This document shows positions 44,001-57,538 of a DNA stretch of 64,000 nt, piece after piece (position 1 is the stretch's first letter; every line of letters begins with the position of its first letter). A program made the translations under genes and the position numbers. The stretch comes from Yuukianura sp. NJ FZ-2021 (lineage: Eukaryota), in the NCBI GenBank assembly GCA_046563655.1, contig CM102285.1, positions 13,950,001 to 14,014,000 on the forward strand, written 5' to 3'. The notes under the pieces are model-generated. The model was not told the origin of the DNA. It did not search any database and saw nothing but the letters and a program-made list of their open reading frames with translations.

Positions 44001-46239
44001 CGAATTAATTGAAAAGAAGCTAAAAACAATCAAAGTGGAGGAACTTACGAGAGCATTGAGTCCATTGGCATTTGAAGTATTAATGTCAACCGTATTGAGA
44101 TACTCCAGAACTTTTTCTAGATTTCCAGAACGAGCTGCTCTCAGAAGACCCGTTCCTGGTTCAGACTGTCAAATTAAACAACAAAATCAATAACAATCAA
44201 AGAATAGAATCCAGAATTGGAAAATTGATAGCTCAAGGAAAAACCGAAATGTCAGGAACAGAAGGTAGGCGTAGGTTTTTTCATTTCAGGAAAACAGAAA
44301 TCTAAAACCTAACAAAAACTAACGTAAAAATACAATTGAATCAATAAATGAAAATAAAAGGCCACTTCCTTTGAAGCATCCTGACGGTAATGGTAACGGT
44401 AATGGATAAGATAACAAAAAATTGGTTTGTTCCGTTCCAACAAACCTGGAAACGTCTACAAACTGGCACGTATTTTCCCATGACCTTGACATTTAAAACT
44501 GCAACAAAAATAAATCCTACCGCAAATGCTAAAAAACCAACTCCATAAAACAGCCTAATGTAAAACCTAACATGAAAACTGAAAACCTAACTAAAAGTTA
44601 GCCTAACTAACCTAATGGTCGCCAAAACCCATAAAGTGAACCCACCCACACACCCTTCTACGTCCATAAATCATTACTATTCCTCTTCCTAATCAAGTAA
44701 AGAACAAAACCATGACGTCATACACCTAAAATCAACAACTTTTGGTCATCCCTGTACAAGAGCCCCACCAAGGTCAGCTGTCTGTGCTACAACAAGAGTT
44801 TCCCACCAAGGTCAACTGTCATCGTCACCATCATCCATCCTAATCCTGCTCCTTAATGTTAAATTTAACTATGATTTAAATCTGACAGAGTGATCTCACT
44901 CCTACATTTTAGACACCTCTTAAGTGAATCATGATTGATATCCGATATTGCTCATCTTTAGACAAGCGCTGGAACGCAATGCGGTCAAGGTTAGCACTGG
45001 AAGCAGAGCGTTAAAGCCTTGACAGTTTGTGGTGAAGCAGCGCAGAAGTGCCACTCCCCGATCGATATGAAGGAGGCGAAAAGAGCTTTCTCTCTTTCCG
45101 GCAGCCTTTCAGCGATACACTATGACTTTAAGACTAAAACCGGAAACTGGGACAATACATTGACTAATTACAAAATAAGAGTCTCAATTAATCGAAATTG
45201 TTAATTACCGACTGGGATGACTCTGTGACCATTTTGACGATGTGTTAAGACTAGAAGAAACACAGAAACTGAAAGTTCTTAGCTGGACTGAGACCTAGTC
45301 ATGACCGAACTCCGGGAGAACTCAAACGGAACTGAGCTGGAATTTGACGAGGGAGGGAGCAGAAGGTACCACCGCTGTTGCCAATGTTAGGACCCACCAT
45401 ACTCGTTGTCTCTTGCTAATCAATCCAACTTATACTGAAATAAAGTCAGGCCTTGCGCTTTGCTCACACAATGCTAAAAAAATAAAAGTGAGCAAAATAC
45501 CACATCCGCCCTTCTTTCAGTCGTCCCGAGTCATCATAGTAAGTAAGTCTGCAGAGACATAGAATTCTGCAGCGAGTGGAAACAACCCTGGTTGGGTTTA
45601 GTACTAAAAGCCGATCTGAATCTGCCTTCGAATCTCTCCCCTGCTCTATTGTTATACCCATCCCACTCACTCACCCTCCAACAAATACTAACCAAACGCA
45701 TCTCCCAAATTACTAAACTAAAATTTAGTACGAAACTTCCAAGATCATCTCAATTCACACTTCACAGTTCTGGGAGAGCAGGACGTGGGACAGGACACAC
45801 AGAGGAGGACGTAGGACAGGCCTCTGGGGGTGAAAATCCGTCACTGCTTTCCAGAAATCCGGATTTCTCATTTCGATTGAAAGATGAAAAATCCGGGTTT
45901 CAGAGTTACATAGGATTTCACATAAGAATGTTTTTTCAGTTTCTCAGAATTATGGACAACGTTCGTTTTAACTAAATTTTTCTGATTTCGACGCCAATTT
46001 TCCAATAGTCCATACGCTGAAATAGAACAAGAATCCGTTCAATCCGGATTCCAATTTTTTGAAATCCGGATCTAGAAAGGACAAATATAGCAGGACGTAG
46101 GATCCGCTTGTGCGACAGGACAGGAGATGCTGCAGAAATACTTTCAGAGATTAAAAAGTTCGGTTTTTTTTTTGTAAGAGACGGGTATTAAGAGGGTACT
46201 TACGCCAAGGCTCGTCATTGAAGCGATTTTCTTGAACAT
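29044..46239 (-). CDS. Ank2-like: Ankyrin (ANK repeats, ZU5-ZU5-UPA, death domain, long alternatively spliced acidic tail); first exon 46239-46204; many small exons
   Basis: [17 protein letters not shown], repeated TPLH motifs, [46 protein letters not shown], death-domain [13 protein letters not shown]...[17 protein letters not shown]; tail exon connectivity is uncertain. Confidence 0.92.
31330..31820 (-). repeat. Coding tandem repeat, 8 copies of about 17-23 aa ([11 protein letters not shown](T/K/S)P.E) in an ankyrin tail exon
   Basis: Visible in ORF 30933-32231 and in DNA (AGCCAATCAAGTTG repeats). Confidence 0.9.
32446..32520. repeat. Minisatellite, about 4 copies of roughly 21 bp (TACTGCCAACATTTTCAGTAG)
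   Basis: Direct reading. Confidence 0.8.
35274..35640. repeat. Perfect tandem repeat, 130-bp unit, about 2.8 copies, in an ankyrin intron
   Basis: GGAAAAGTCACGATTAGGCTGAG starts at 35274, 35404 and 35534; followed by an A-run. Confidence 0.95.
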
Positions 46240-47396
46240 TTTTGGCTTTTCCCGAGTGTTGTGTCCTTATGGAAGTGTCGAGGCAGAGCCAAGTTGAACT
46301 TTCACTGATTTTTTTTTCTGAAAAAATTGGAAAATTTTACAAAAATTTTGAACAGCACAGACACAACACACAAAACTGAACTAACTTGTCCGTTCCTCCA
46401 ACGGCCCTGCAACACTTTTCTGTCGCTGGTCTATCACCAGCAGCTTCTTTCAGGAAAGCTCTAGTTTTTGGCAATAAGGCATCTCCTCGTAACTAAAAAT
46501 AGAGATTAAAGACTACAAACTACTAGAAAAGCAAGGAAGAAGGCTAAGAAAAGTATAAGGAAGAAGACAAGCCGGCCCAGAGACACACAAACAATTTCTA
46601 CCACACCCAACAACACCAAAAGTACAACTTAACAGACTCATCGCATCTCATTCATTTCAGCGTTCTGGATGCCTAGACGCTAGACGTTGAGAACAGGAGC
46701 ACCCCAGAATCCAACGGGTCTGGAACTGCTCAAACATTAAGCTTGTGATGCTGTTAGTGTGTGATGCTGTGATGGTGGAGAGAGAATCATGACTACTTTT
46801 GGATTTTTAACTAGTACTACTTTAGTCGAAATGAGGCAATAGTTGAAAATGAAGCTGGAGGGACTTTTAATCAAGTCTAATAAGAGAATTGTCTAAATTT
46901 TAGAAATTGAAAAATATAGACAGAAGCTTAACAGTGAAACAGTGTCCGTGGAGCTTATAAAGTTTACGAGCAGAAATTGTTATCACAAATCACAATTGTG
47001 AAGCATAGACATGATTTCGAATCTAAAGAAAATCTGAAACACCAAAAACAAAAAGTTTAGTTGAAGTTTTTGAAATTACATTTTGAAATGTAGAAAGTTT
47101 GCGATTCCGCTTACGGTGAGACGAGAGGTCAAGATTTTTGTCCTCCATAAGCTTTACGTTTGTCCCAAAATTTTAAACTGGAAAGTCTAAGCTTACAGTA
47201 AAATGAACATACGCTTAGCAAAACGTAAGCTTTGAAAAAAAAAAAATGGGAAAAAATTCAAATATGTAGTTAAGATTAGTCAATGATTTTATTATTCAAA
47301 GTTTGGAAAAATGGAAGATTCGTGTCATGAAATGTAGCAAAAGGTTTGCAAATTGTTTAACGTAATGTTTATAATGAATTTGAGAGCGTTTAGAAT

Positions 47397-49498
47397 TCAG
47401 TATCTGTCGTTTACCAAGTAAGGTTTGATGTCTACTTGGCCATGGAACGTATTCAAAACGTTGACACACGCATCACTTGGTTCGTACGCATCGTATGTGC
47501 TGGTCAAAATTTCGATCTTGTCCAGTTGTGGAATCTGTTTGAGAGCCGTCAGGTGAATGACCGCCAACACAATCGACGCCGGAGTGTTTGCGAATTTTAG
47601 CGTTTTCAAATCTGGATTTTCAAAAAATCAGAAATCAGTTTATCAAAAATTCATAAAAAATCAAAAACGAGTTTAAAAATTTGAAACATACTGCACAAGT
47701 TCCCAAGTTTTGGACGAGCTGGACCGTCACCACGGTCGAGATTAGTTTCAGCTTGTTCCAAATTGGATGGAAGGATCATTTCCAATGAAGAGTCTTTGTT
47801 CAGAATTGGCCGAATCCCACCGGTAATCTCCTCCCACCAAACAGTCACCAAATCATCATTGAAACTAAAAACATACGGGCCTCTGTAATTGTAGTCGTCG
47901 CCATCCACTTCTTCATTGTCGTCCGTGCGATCATTTTCTACAATATGATCATTCTCTCCAATTTCGTCATCACTACTGACGTCGTTGTCATGAATCCCAT
48001 CATTGTCGTCATTGTCTTCAAAGTCATCAATAATGTCATCCCGATCTCGATCCAATCGTAGACCCTGGAACGTGACCTTGAGCTGTGTCAAGCTCAACAT
48101 GTTGGTCAACACAGGGCCCAGCAGAGCATCAATTCCAGTCACCATGTCCAATTTCGTCACGTTTGGGAATTTCGTTGACCAATCGTATGTTGGCACCGTC
48201 GCTGGAATTGGAAATGGTAGTTGCTCAATCAGTTCTGGGTGTCCATCAATCACAAGTTCTTGGACATTGGTAAAGACTTGGTCAGGATTTAATTGGTTTC
48301 CGTGTGGACCAATCACCAACTTCCGAAGAGATGGAACCTGACCTTGTGAAATCAACGGTGTCATTTCAAAAATCGCTGGACGATCTTCTTCATCTTCATC
48401 GATCCGATAGCCCCGCATCGTGAATCCAAAGTCCAATTCCGTCAAATACGACATTTCAGACGGCAGAGTCAGTGGGATGTTTGGTCCCCAGGAGATCAAC
48501 TTGAGTTTGGTCATGCGCGGAGACTGTGTCAGTTTCTGGATCCATTCGGAAATGAAATTATTGCGTCGGGCAACCATGGCGGCTTTTGGTTCAAACATAT
48601 CTTGTGGTTCAAGTATCAAGTACTTTGGTTTGAGATCTGAACGCAACAGTTCCCGAAGCAGGTAGTTTCTATTTTCCTCCGGTTCTTCGTTCAGAACGAC
48701 TTCGAGCCTCCCAAGGTCAACAGATCCGAACCTTTGAAAAAATTCACGAACGGCAGAGCGATTGGTGGTGTACTGTTTTAACGTAAGGTTGCCAGTACGC
48801 AAATTGGGGCATTTCTTGACAATTTCATTCAGCAAGGGAATGATGGTGGTGTTAACGCTTGCGTCAAAGTGTTCCAAATTTTCAAACTGTTGTAATTCAG
48901 CAACAGGAATTGCGTTGCGTTCACGAAAACGTAGGTGAGGTCGACCGTAAATATTATCCTCTTCGACCGACAATTTGACCAGATTTGGAAAATTGGTCAA
49001 AAATGTCTTTACCTTCGCCTGCATTTGATCATTAGCTTGACGCATACTGGATTCCGCACTGCTCCGAGTACGTAGACAACAGAATCCGTCGCCAGTCGTG
49101 ACGTGAATCTGGAGGGATTGTACGCTTGCGCCGTGCACCCCGGCGAATCTTTGAATGAGATCCAAAGCAATGCGCATGAGCTTGACGTCAACAGTGGCGA
49201 AAGAATAGAAATTTGACGTCGCTGGCAAGGGTTCCGGAAAGACACGAATGAAGTTAGTGATTTGATCGCTGGTGAAGAATTTTACGACGCATTTTTTGCT
49301 GCGTCGAATGACGTGGTAGGCTTCATTTTCCCAGTCTTTGTTGACAAGGCGTGCAGTTAACTGATCAGGAAATGGCAAACGAGCGATGACCTCTCGCAGA
49401 ATGAGACAATCTAGCATCTAGAACAGAAACGATCTTGTGTGACATTGTTCGCTGTGGTACGATAGTATACAATTCGTTACCTTTACGTACGACTCCAT
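47397..49498 (-). CDS. F-box/LRR-like protein, paralogue A; exons 49498-49481, 49417-47692, 47611-47397
   Basis: N-terminal F-box-like LILREVIARLPFPDQLTARLVNKDWENEA; degenerate LRRs (FPNLVKLSV, CPNLRT, VPSLRKLVI, FPNVTKLDM); acidic insert; in-frame GT-AG introns. Confidence 0.75.
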
Positions 49499-50271
49499 CG
49501 GTGAATGTTTCACTGAAGTTGACCTCAAATGACCTTTGACCTTCAACGATTCACAAGAAAAAACCCGAGCTCGAAAGACCTAAAAAAAATGCAATAAGCT
49601 CCGCTTCAATAGATTCGCCACGTCCCGAAATTTATACCGTAGAACACCAAGTCAAGGTCAGTAAACAAAGTCTTGCTATTAAAGAAAAACTATTTGGTTG
49701 TCAAGACTACCAGTCCATTATAAATTGTAATACAGAGGTCCAAATGACGCTGCGTAAGACTATTATAATCAATTTTAGCAGAACTAATTTTCTCAATTGG
49801 AAATAAAAAAAATATTGAGACAAAAGCTAACAGTGACGTCGATTGAGCTGTATAAAGCTTACGAGCAGAAATTTTATGGCAATTTACAAATTGGAATACA
49901 GAGATGACTTCGAATCTAAAGAAATTCTGAAACACTAAAAAAATTTTTGGGTTGAAGTTTTTGAAATTACTTTTTGAAAGGAGAAAGTTTGTGATTGTCC
50001 TTACGGTGAAAGGGCAAGACTTTTTTGTCCATAAGTTTTGCCTTTGTCCCAAAATTTTAAACTGGAAAAAGTTTTACGTAGAACGTAGTACGCTTAGAAA
50101 AACGTACGCTTTGAAAAAAAAGGGGAAAAAAATCAAATATGTAGTTTAGATTATTCAATGATTTTATTATTCAAAGTTTGGAAAAATGGAAGATTCGTGT
50201 CATGAAATGTGGCAAAACGTTTGTAAATTGTTTAACGTAATGTTTATAATTAATTTGAGAGCGTTTAGAAT

Positions 50272-52389
50272 TCAGTCTTCGTTGTAGTTGAACCCGTCGT
50301 TTACCAAGTAAGGTTTGATTTCTACTTGGCCATGGAACGTATTCAAAACGTTAACACAAGTTTCAGCTGGTTCATACGCATCGTATGTGCTGGTCAAAAT
50401 TTCGATCTTGTCCAATTGTGGAATCTGTTTGAGAGCCGTCAGGTGAATGACCGCCAACACAATCGAGGCGGGCGTGTTTGCGAATTTTAGCGTTTTCAAA
50501 TCTGGAATTTCAAAAAATGAGAAATCAGTTTTATCAAAAATTCATAAAAAATCAAAAACGAGTTTTAAAATTTGAAACATACTGCACAAGTTCCCAAGTT
50601 TCGGACGAGCTGGACCGTCACCACGGCCGAGATCAGTTTCAGCGTGTGCCAAATTGGATGGAATCATCATTTCCAATGGAGAGTCTTTTTTGAGAATTGG
50701 CCGAATCCCACCGGTAATCTCGTCCCACCAAACAGTCACCAAATCATCATTGAAACTAAAAACAATCGGGTCTCTGTAGTCGTCGTCATCCTCTTCATCA
50801 TTGTCGTCCATGTGAGCATTGCCTTCAATGTGTTCATTGTCTTCAATTTCATCATTGTCATCACTACTGACATCATTGTCACCAAAGCCATCGTCATCAT
50901 TATCATCAATGTCATCATTGTCGTCAATGTCATCCCGATCTCGAAACAATCTTCGATCCAATCTGAGACCCTGGAACGTGACCTTGAGGTCAGTCAATGT
51001 CAACATGTTGGTCAACACTGGACTTAGCAGAGCATCAATTCCAGTCACCATGTCCAATTTCGTCACGTTTGGGAATTTCGTTGACCAATCGTATGTTGGC
51101 AGAGTCATTGGAAGTGGAGATGGCAGTTGCTCAATCAGTTCTCGGTGTCCATCAATCACAAGTTCTTGGACATTGGTAAAGATTTCTTGTGGATTCAATT
51201 CGTTTCCCTGTGGACCAATCACCAACTTCCGAAGAGATGGAACCTGACCGTGTGAAATCAATGGTGTCATTTCAAAAATCGCTGGACGATAATCATCGTT
51301 TGAAGAATACATTCGATAGCCCCGCATCGTGAATCCAAAGTCCAATTCCGTCAAATACGACATTTGAGATGGCAGGGTGAGAGGTATCTTTGGTCCCCAG
51401 GAGAACAACTTGAGTTTGGTCATGCGTGGAGACTGTGTCAGTTTCTGGATCCATTCGGAAATGAAATTATTGCGTCGGGCAACCATCGAGGCTTTTGGTT
51501 CCCACATCATGCGTGGTTGAAGCATCAAGTACTTTGGTTTCAGATTTGAAAGTAGCAGTTCCCGAAGCAGGTTGTTTCTTTTTTCCTCCGACATGTTCAG
51601 AACGATTTCGAGCTTCCCAAGGTCAATAGATCCCAACTTTTGAAAGAATTCACGAACGACAGAGCGATTGGTCGTGTACTGTTTTAACGTCAGATTTCCA
51701 GTACGCAGATTGGGACATTTCTTGACAATTTCATTCAGCAATGGAATGATGTTAGTGTTAACGCTTGCGTCAAATTGTTCCAAATTTTCGAATTGTTGTA
51801 ATTCAGCAACAGGAATTGCGGTTTTTTCACATAGGTAAGTTCGATCCTCTTCGACCGACAATTTGACCAGTTTTTTAAAATTGTTCAAAAATGTCTTCAC
51901 CTTCGCCTGCATTTGATCATTAGCTCGACGGTTACTGGATTGTGCACTGCTCCAAGTACGTTTACAACCGAATCCGTCGCCAGTCGTGACGTGAATCTGA
52001 AGGAATTGTACGCTTGTGCCGTGCCCCTCTCCGAATTTTTGAAGGAGATCCAAAGCAATGCGCATGAGCTTGACGTCAAAAGTGGCGAAAGAATAGAAAT
52101 TAGACGTCGCTGCTGGCAATGGTTCCGGAAAGACACGAATGAAGTCAGTGATTCGTCCGAGGGTGAAGAATTTTACGACGCATTTTTTGCTGCGTCGAAT
52201 GACATGGTAGGCTTCATTTTCCCAGTCTTTGTTGACAAGGCGTGCAGTCAGCTGATCAGGAAATGGCAAAAGAGCGATGACCTCTCGCAGAAGGAGACAA
52301 TCCAGAATCTAAAACAGAAACGATTTGTGTTGCCTTGTTCGCTATAGCACTAATAGTATATAATCCGTTACCTTTGAGTATGACTCCAT
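50272..52389 (-). CDS. F-box/LRR-like protein, paralogue B (tandem duplicate of A); exons 52389-52372, 52308-50583, about 50501-50272
   Basis: Highly similar to paralogue A in protein, introns and flanks. Confidence 0.75.
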
Positions 52390-52909
52390 CAGTGAATTTT
52401 CCATTGAAGTTGACCTCAAATGACCTTTGACCTTCAACGAATCACAAGAGATAACCCAAGCTCGAAGAACCTAAAAAAAAGGAATAAGCTCCGCAATAAT
52501 TTTAACGATTCCCGAATCGAATCGTAGAACACCAAGGCAAGTCAGTAAACAAACAACGTCTTTCTATTAAAGAAAAACGATTTGGTTGTCAAGACTCCCG
52601 GTGCAGTATACATTCTATAAAAAAATATGTGTTATATTTTATTGTACTATCGAAGATAGATGGTATTCTGTTTTAACATTATCTGTCTGTCTGTCTGTCT
52701 GCCGTATGATCACGATTAATCAATAAAGTGAACAAGTGACGTTGATAAACATTTGCAGAAATGATCGCAAATTACAAAATGTGGATGAGAGCAGAGATGA
52801 CTTCGAATCTAAAGAAAATCTGAAACACCAAAAAAAAGTTTTTTTGGTTGAAGTTTTTGAAATTAACTTTTTGAAAAGAGAAAGTTTGTGATTGGCCTTA
52901 CGTGAGAGG

Positions 52910-53524
52910 TCAAGACTTTGGTTGTCCAGAACTTTTGCGTTTGTCCCACGCAGCTTTGATGTAGGGAATTGTGACAATTGCTACTGGTAGACGGATGAGT
53001 TCCATTACTTCATTGATGGCCACAGCACCAGCGAAATTCCCCATTTTGGGATTGATTTTATTGAGGTCGTAGTAGTCGGCGAGTGGGGTCATCCGAAGCC
53101 ATTCCACAACTCCCGCCTCTCCGACCAATCCGCTTTCAAGTACAGCATAAACGGAAATCATTCCACCAAAGTAGAGTGTAGAGTACCAAATGAAGAATGG
53201 AATTCCATATTTCTTGAACAGTGCTTTCACGCCTAAACCACCAGTTTTCGTTTTCAGCTTCCCTTCAACTTCAGCCACCGTTTCTTTGTACTGTTCTGTA
53301 AAAGATTTGTTGGGTTCAATACTTGCTTTTTCATCTCTCACGTACTTCGCAGTCTTCTTATTGCTGTCTGCGCCTGGGCCAGTCTTTATTGAACTTGTCG
53401 CTAAGCACCGATACAGCGATAAAGATCTTGATCCTTGGAGAATTAAATTCAAATCCGATCTGAATCTCACATTTACTGCAGCAGGAATTCCAGGGTTCTG
53501 ATGACTGTCAAACAATAAATCCAT
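52910..53524 (-). CDS. FAM210/DUF1279-like mitochondrial membrane protein; 5' end uncertain
   Basis: KALFKKYG + TM (IPFFIWYSTLYFGGMISVYAVLESG) ... GNFAGAVAINEVMELIRLPVAIVTIPYI pattern; basic N-terminal region. Confidence 0.6.
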   Translation of the reverse strand: MDLLFDSHQNPGIPAAVNVRFRSDLNLILQGSRSLSLYRCLATSSIKTGPGADSNKKTAKYVRDEKASIEPNKSFTEQYKETVAEVEGKLKTKTGGLGVKALFKKYGIPFFIWYSTLYFGGMISVYAVLESGLVGEAGVVEWLRMTPLADYYDLNKINPKMGNFAGAVAINEVMELIRLPVAIVTIPYIKAAWDKRKSSGQPKS

Positions 53525-54405
53525 TTAATGTTTTTGTATGTGGTCATCCAACAACAAGTCAACTATTGCGCGTAGATCGCAATACCATTTGACCGACCAT
53601 GGAATTCTTAGTAACTTTTAAGCTTTCTCACTTTTCATGTATGTACTATACTTACATATGACAATTATGCGATGACCATGGCCTACTTTGACCACTGAAT
53701 CCTGTTAAACACAAAGGTCTCGGACTCCATACTGTAATCAAAAGCCTTTGGTTGAACGATAATATTGGTGACAGACTTATCAGTCTGATGGATGATCCGA
53801 TTGACATCATGTGTAACAACTTGACTTTAAAGATTGGTTCCGCTAACCTCGTCTCAAACTTGTCACTAACTAATTTATCCTTAACCTTGAACCGACTATT
53901 TTAATTAACTCCAAAGAAGACAAAGGAAAAAGCATGTCAGACTGCCCGGCTCCGCAGTTAAAAATCAAAAACAGCTGTTTCTTTTACAGGTCGATGTAAA
54001 AGCCGCGTCATGTGGAAGCCAACCTCATTTTCTTGAGAAGCAACTGCTATGGGCATACCAACTCTAACTGCTTTAGTAAATTATAATTCATCATTAGTAT
54101 GATAAGTTACACCATGTATGAAACTAATTACTTATAGCATAATACATTTAAATTAAAGTAACTAATTAGTTGTAAATTAGAATGTTAAGACTTATACTTT
54201 GCAAATAATTAGTGACACCCTATGTGGGCGACATGTGTATTGTGAGGAACCTTTACATTTGCCAAAAGAAATTCGGATTGTTTTGAATTTGAAACCAGAG
54301 ATAGAAAATGTAAATTAGTGAGTGGATAATTGATTTTACTCTAAATTTCATATGTGTTGTGTGTTTGTGCTAATTAATTAACGTCTTCATCATTAGGTAG
54401 TTAGA

Positions 54406-56675
54406 ATGTTTTCAGCGTTGAAACGATTGACCAGATCAGGAACCACGGATGTACCTGTCCAACATTCTGGAGGGCCACAAGCTCTCCCCATATCGTTACA
54501 GAAGAAATTTGCCAAAGGGATTCAATATAACAGTAAATGGAAAAATTATTGCTGTAGATTTTAACTACATAACATGATTTAATTATCTTATTTTAATTAG
54601 TACGCAATCCAGGTTGTCAATGAAATATCATACGGAACCCAAATGTCTTGTAATGAAGGAATTTTTATCTAGTGTTCTCCTTTGCTTTTTTACAGTGAAA
54701 ATTATTATAAAAGGAGATCGGAATTCAGGTAAAACATGTTTGTTTCGAAGATTGCAAGGAGATAAGTTTCAAGAAGAGTACAATCCAACTAACGAAATCC
54801 AGGTTTGATTTGACATGGCAAAACATATGGACATAAATTGGTGTATGTCTAATTTCATGACCACTGTTTCATTGTTTTTAGGTTGCTAACATCCAATGGA
54901 ACTACAAAGCTACTGACGATGTTGTGAAAGTTGAAATTTGGGACGTTGTGGATAAAGCTAAGAAGAAGAAACAAGTATCTCAGACGCTTAAACTGGAGAA
55001 TGTTGAAGTGGCTCAGAATGATGAAGTTGAAGAAATTGCTTTGGACGCTTCATTTCTGAATGTCTACAAAAACACTCAGGGTGTTATACTTATTTTTGAT
55101 ATTACTAAATCTTGGTAAGCCAGTAACAGTAACTTATAAAATATTTCATACGAAACAATCACAAACTTTGAAACTTTCGTTTTTCTGTAGGACCTTCGAT
55201 TACGTGAAACGGGAGATTCAACTTATTCCCTTACATATGCCAATCCTTATCCTTGGAAATCACCGTGACATGGGTCATCATCGTGCAACTGCTGAAGATA
55301 CTGTGCTTTATTTTATAGAGAGCCTTGAACGGTAAGTCAATGTCCATGATTGGCTGGCTTGTGGGTTGTTAATCGATTAACTTATTTTACAGGAAACCGG
55401 GAAGTGGCGACATCCGATACTGTGAGTCATCCATGCGAAACGGTTTTGGTTTGAAGTTTATTCACAAATTTTTCAACTTACCTTTCCTCCAACTGCAAAA
55501 AGAAACGCTTCTGAAGCAACTTGAAACAAATGCTGAAGAAAAGTTGGTGACTATCGAAGAATTGAATTTTCATCTGGAGAGTGATGAAGCTAATTACGAC
55601 TTGTAAAGGCACTACTGCAACTAAGAAAGATGCTAATACTTTAATAGGATTTATATCCTTGTATTTTTAAACGACATTCATCTAACACATTGAAGCTTTG
55701 AATTATTTTCGTAATTCGTTCTAGATTTATCGACGGTTTAAGTCAGAAGCGTCGACAAGTTGCAGATGCGCTGAGTGCTCCAGTGCCAAAGATTACCATC
55801 GAAGAAGCACAAGCGATTGCTGCAGCAAGAGAAAAGGAGAAAGAATTGAAAAATGGAAACAACGCTTCGCCTGCTGCCGCTGCTGCGTCGATTTCAACCA
55901 ATGCAAATTCTGCAAACAATTCCACTCTGTCGGCCTCAAATACTCCAACGTCTCAGCGATCATCTTCTGCTGAACCTAATGCCAAACCCAAAAACGGTAT
56001 AAAACGTACCAAAAATTTCAAAATAGGCAACCAATTTCGAAAACTTGAATTCATTTTTTTTTCTTAGGTCCAGATGCAACGAAAAACGCTTCTCCGCTTG
56101 TACCAAAGTCGGCCTCCATCGCTTCTGCCGCGGCTGCACCAGTTGCTGTTGAGGCCAAACCAAATCAAAACTTGGATCCAGTCGATGACTTTGTTCCAGA
56201 CGAATCCGGGATGCTGGAAGCATCTTTCTTCAACGACACTGCTACTACAAAAGAAGATTTGAACAATTCAACCAGCATTCACAATACTTTTGAAAGTAGT
56301 GACGACGATGACGATGCTGGTGGAAATCCAATGGTCATGTCCTACATGGAAGACATCGATCCTGACTATCTAGTGGCCAATTCTGTACAACGAAACGAAA
56401 AACTTTATTCTTCTGAAGACGAACATGTACTAGTGGACACCACGAAAACAGTTTCAACACTTTCCGGGAAATCCCGAACTTCTTCGACCAATCACGGCTC
56501 TTCACCTGAACTTGAGCTTGGAACAAAAAAGAACAAGGACAAGAAGAAACACAAGTCCAAAACAAAGCATCGTCATGAGTCCTCCGGAACGAAGAAGCAA
56601 CAAGTGGATCTTGAGATGTTTCTGAACGGGTTACCACCAGACCAAAGAACTGTGGATAGTTATGAAGCACTTTGA
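54406..56675 (+). CDS. RABL6: Rab-like protein 6, multi-exon
   Basis: MFSALKRL...[77 protein letters not shown], terminal YEAL. Confidence 0.95.
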
Positions 56676-57538
56676 CGGAAATACTGGCAAGTATGCTGAA
56701 ATGCTGTCAAGTTATGCGGAAATGCTGGCACGCATGCGTTTATCAATCATAACCTAATGGACTTTGACTTATTTGATGTTATTTATTCTCAAAAGTAATC
56801 TAATTTTTGACAAATCATTTTGAAATTGACGGTGCAATTAAATTACGTTCCAGTCATCATAACTTGTCAAAAGTTGCGGTAATCTTTTGTGAAGCTTTTC
56901 AAAACTTCCTGACTAAACTCAAATTCTTACGGATGCAAACTTTCACTGAATTTGCCAAGTTGGGCCAATTTTGTTGTCCAATTAATTCCTAAATAAGTTC
57001 CTATTTGTGTCTGTCTGGCGATCCATTTTTAGTTAAGATGAACAAGCAAAATTAATTTTTGCACAGAACGCAGTGGGAACACTTCGCACTTTGCAGCACA
57101 AAAGGAGAAATTTCTTTTGTTGTGAACTGAAAACAGAATTTGGCGAAGACGAAGCTCCAAAGGATTAACATCTTTGGCAGAACAATCTGCATCTCTTCCG
57201 TAGTCTTCGTTCTGACTCTGAGGGGTACTCACTTGTGCAAATCAAGTTCAAAATCAAAATTTTCAAAAAATATCAAAGACTAAATAAAAGTTAAAGTTCA
57301 TCATAACGCTAAATTAAGTTTTTACGAATAATTTGAAAACAGGAAGCAATTTTTTGGAAATTCTCGGGCTAAAATTGTTGTGCTGCTAAAAACTCCCTGG
57401 TTTCAAGAAATTCAAAATGGAAATTCATAATTGTTCTAAAAGTTTTGAGTTTTGAACAATCCAAACACGACTTTAGATGTAAGAGAGGTCAAAGGTCAAC
57501 TTTTTTTGGGAAGTGACCAATGACCAGAAGTCGATGAC

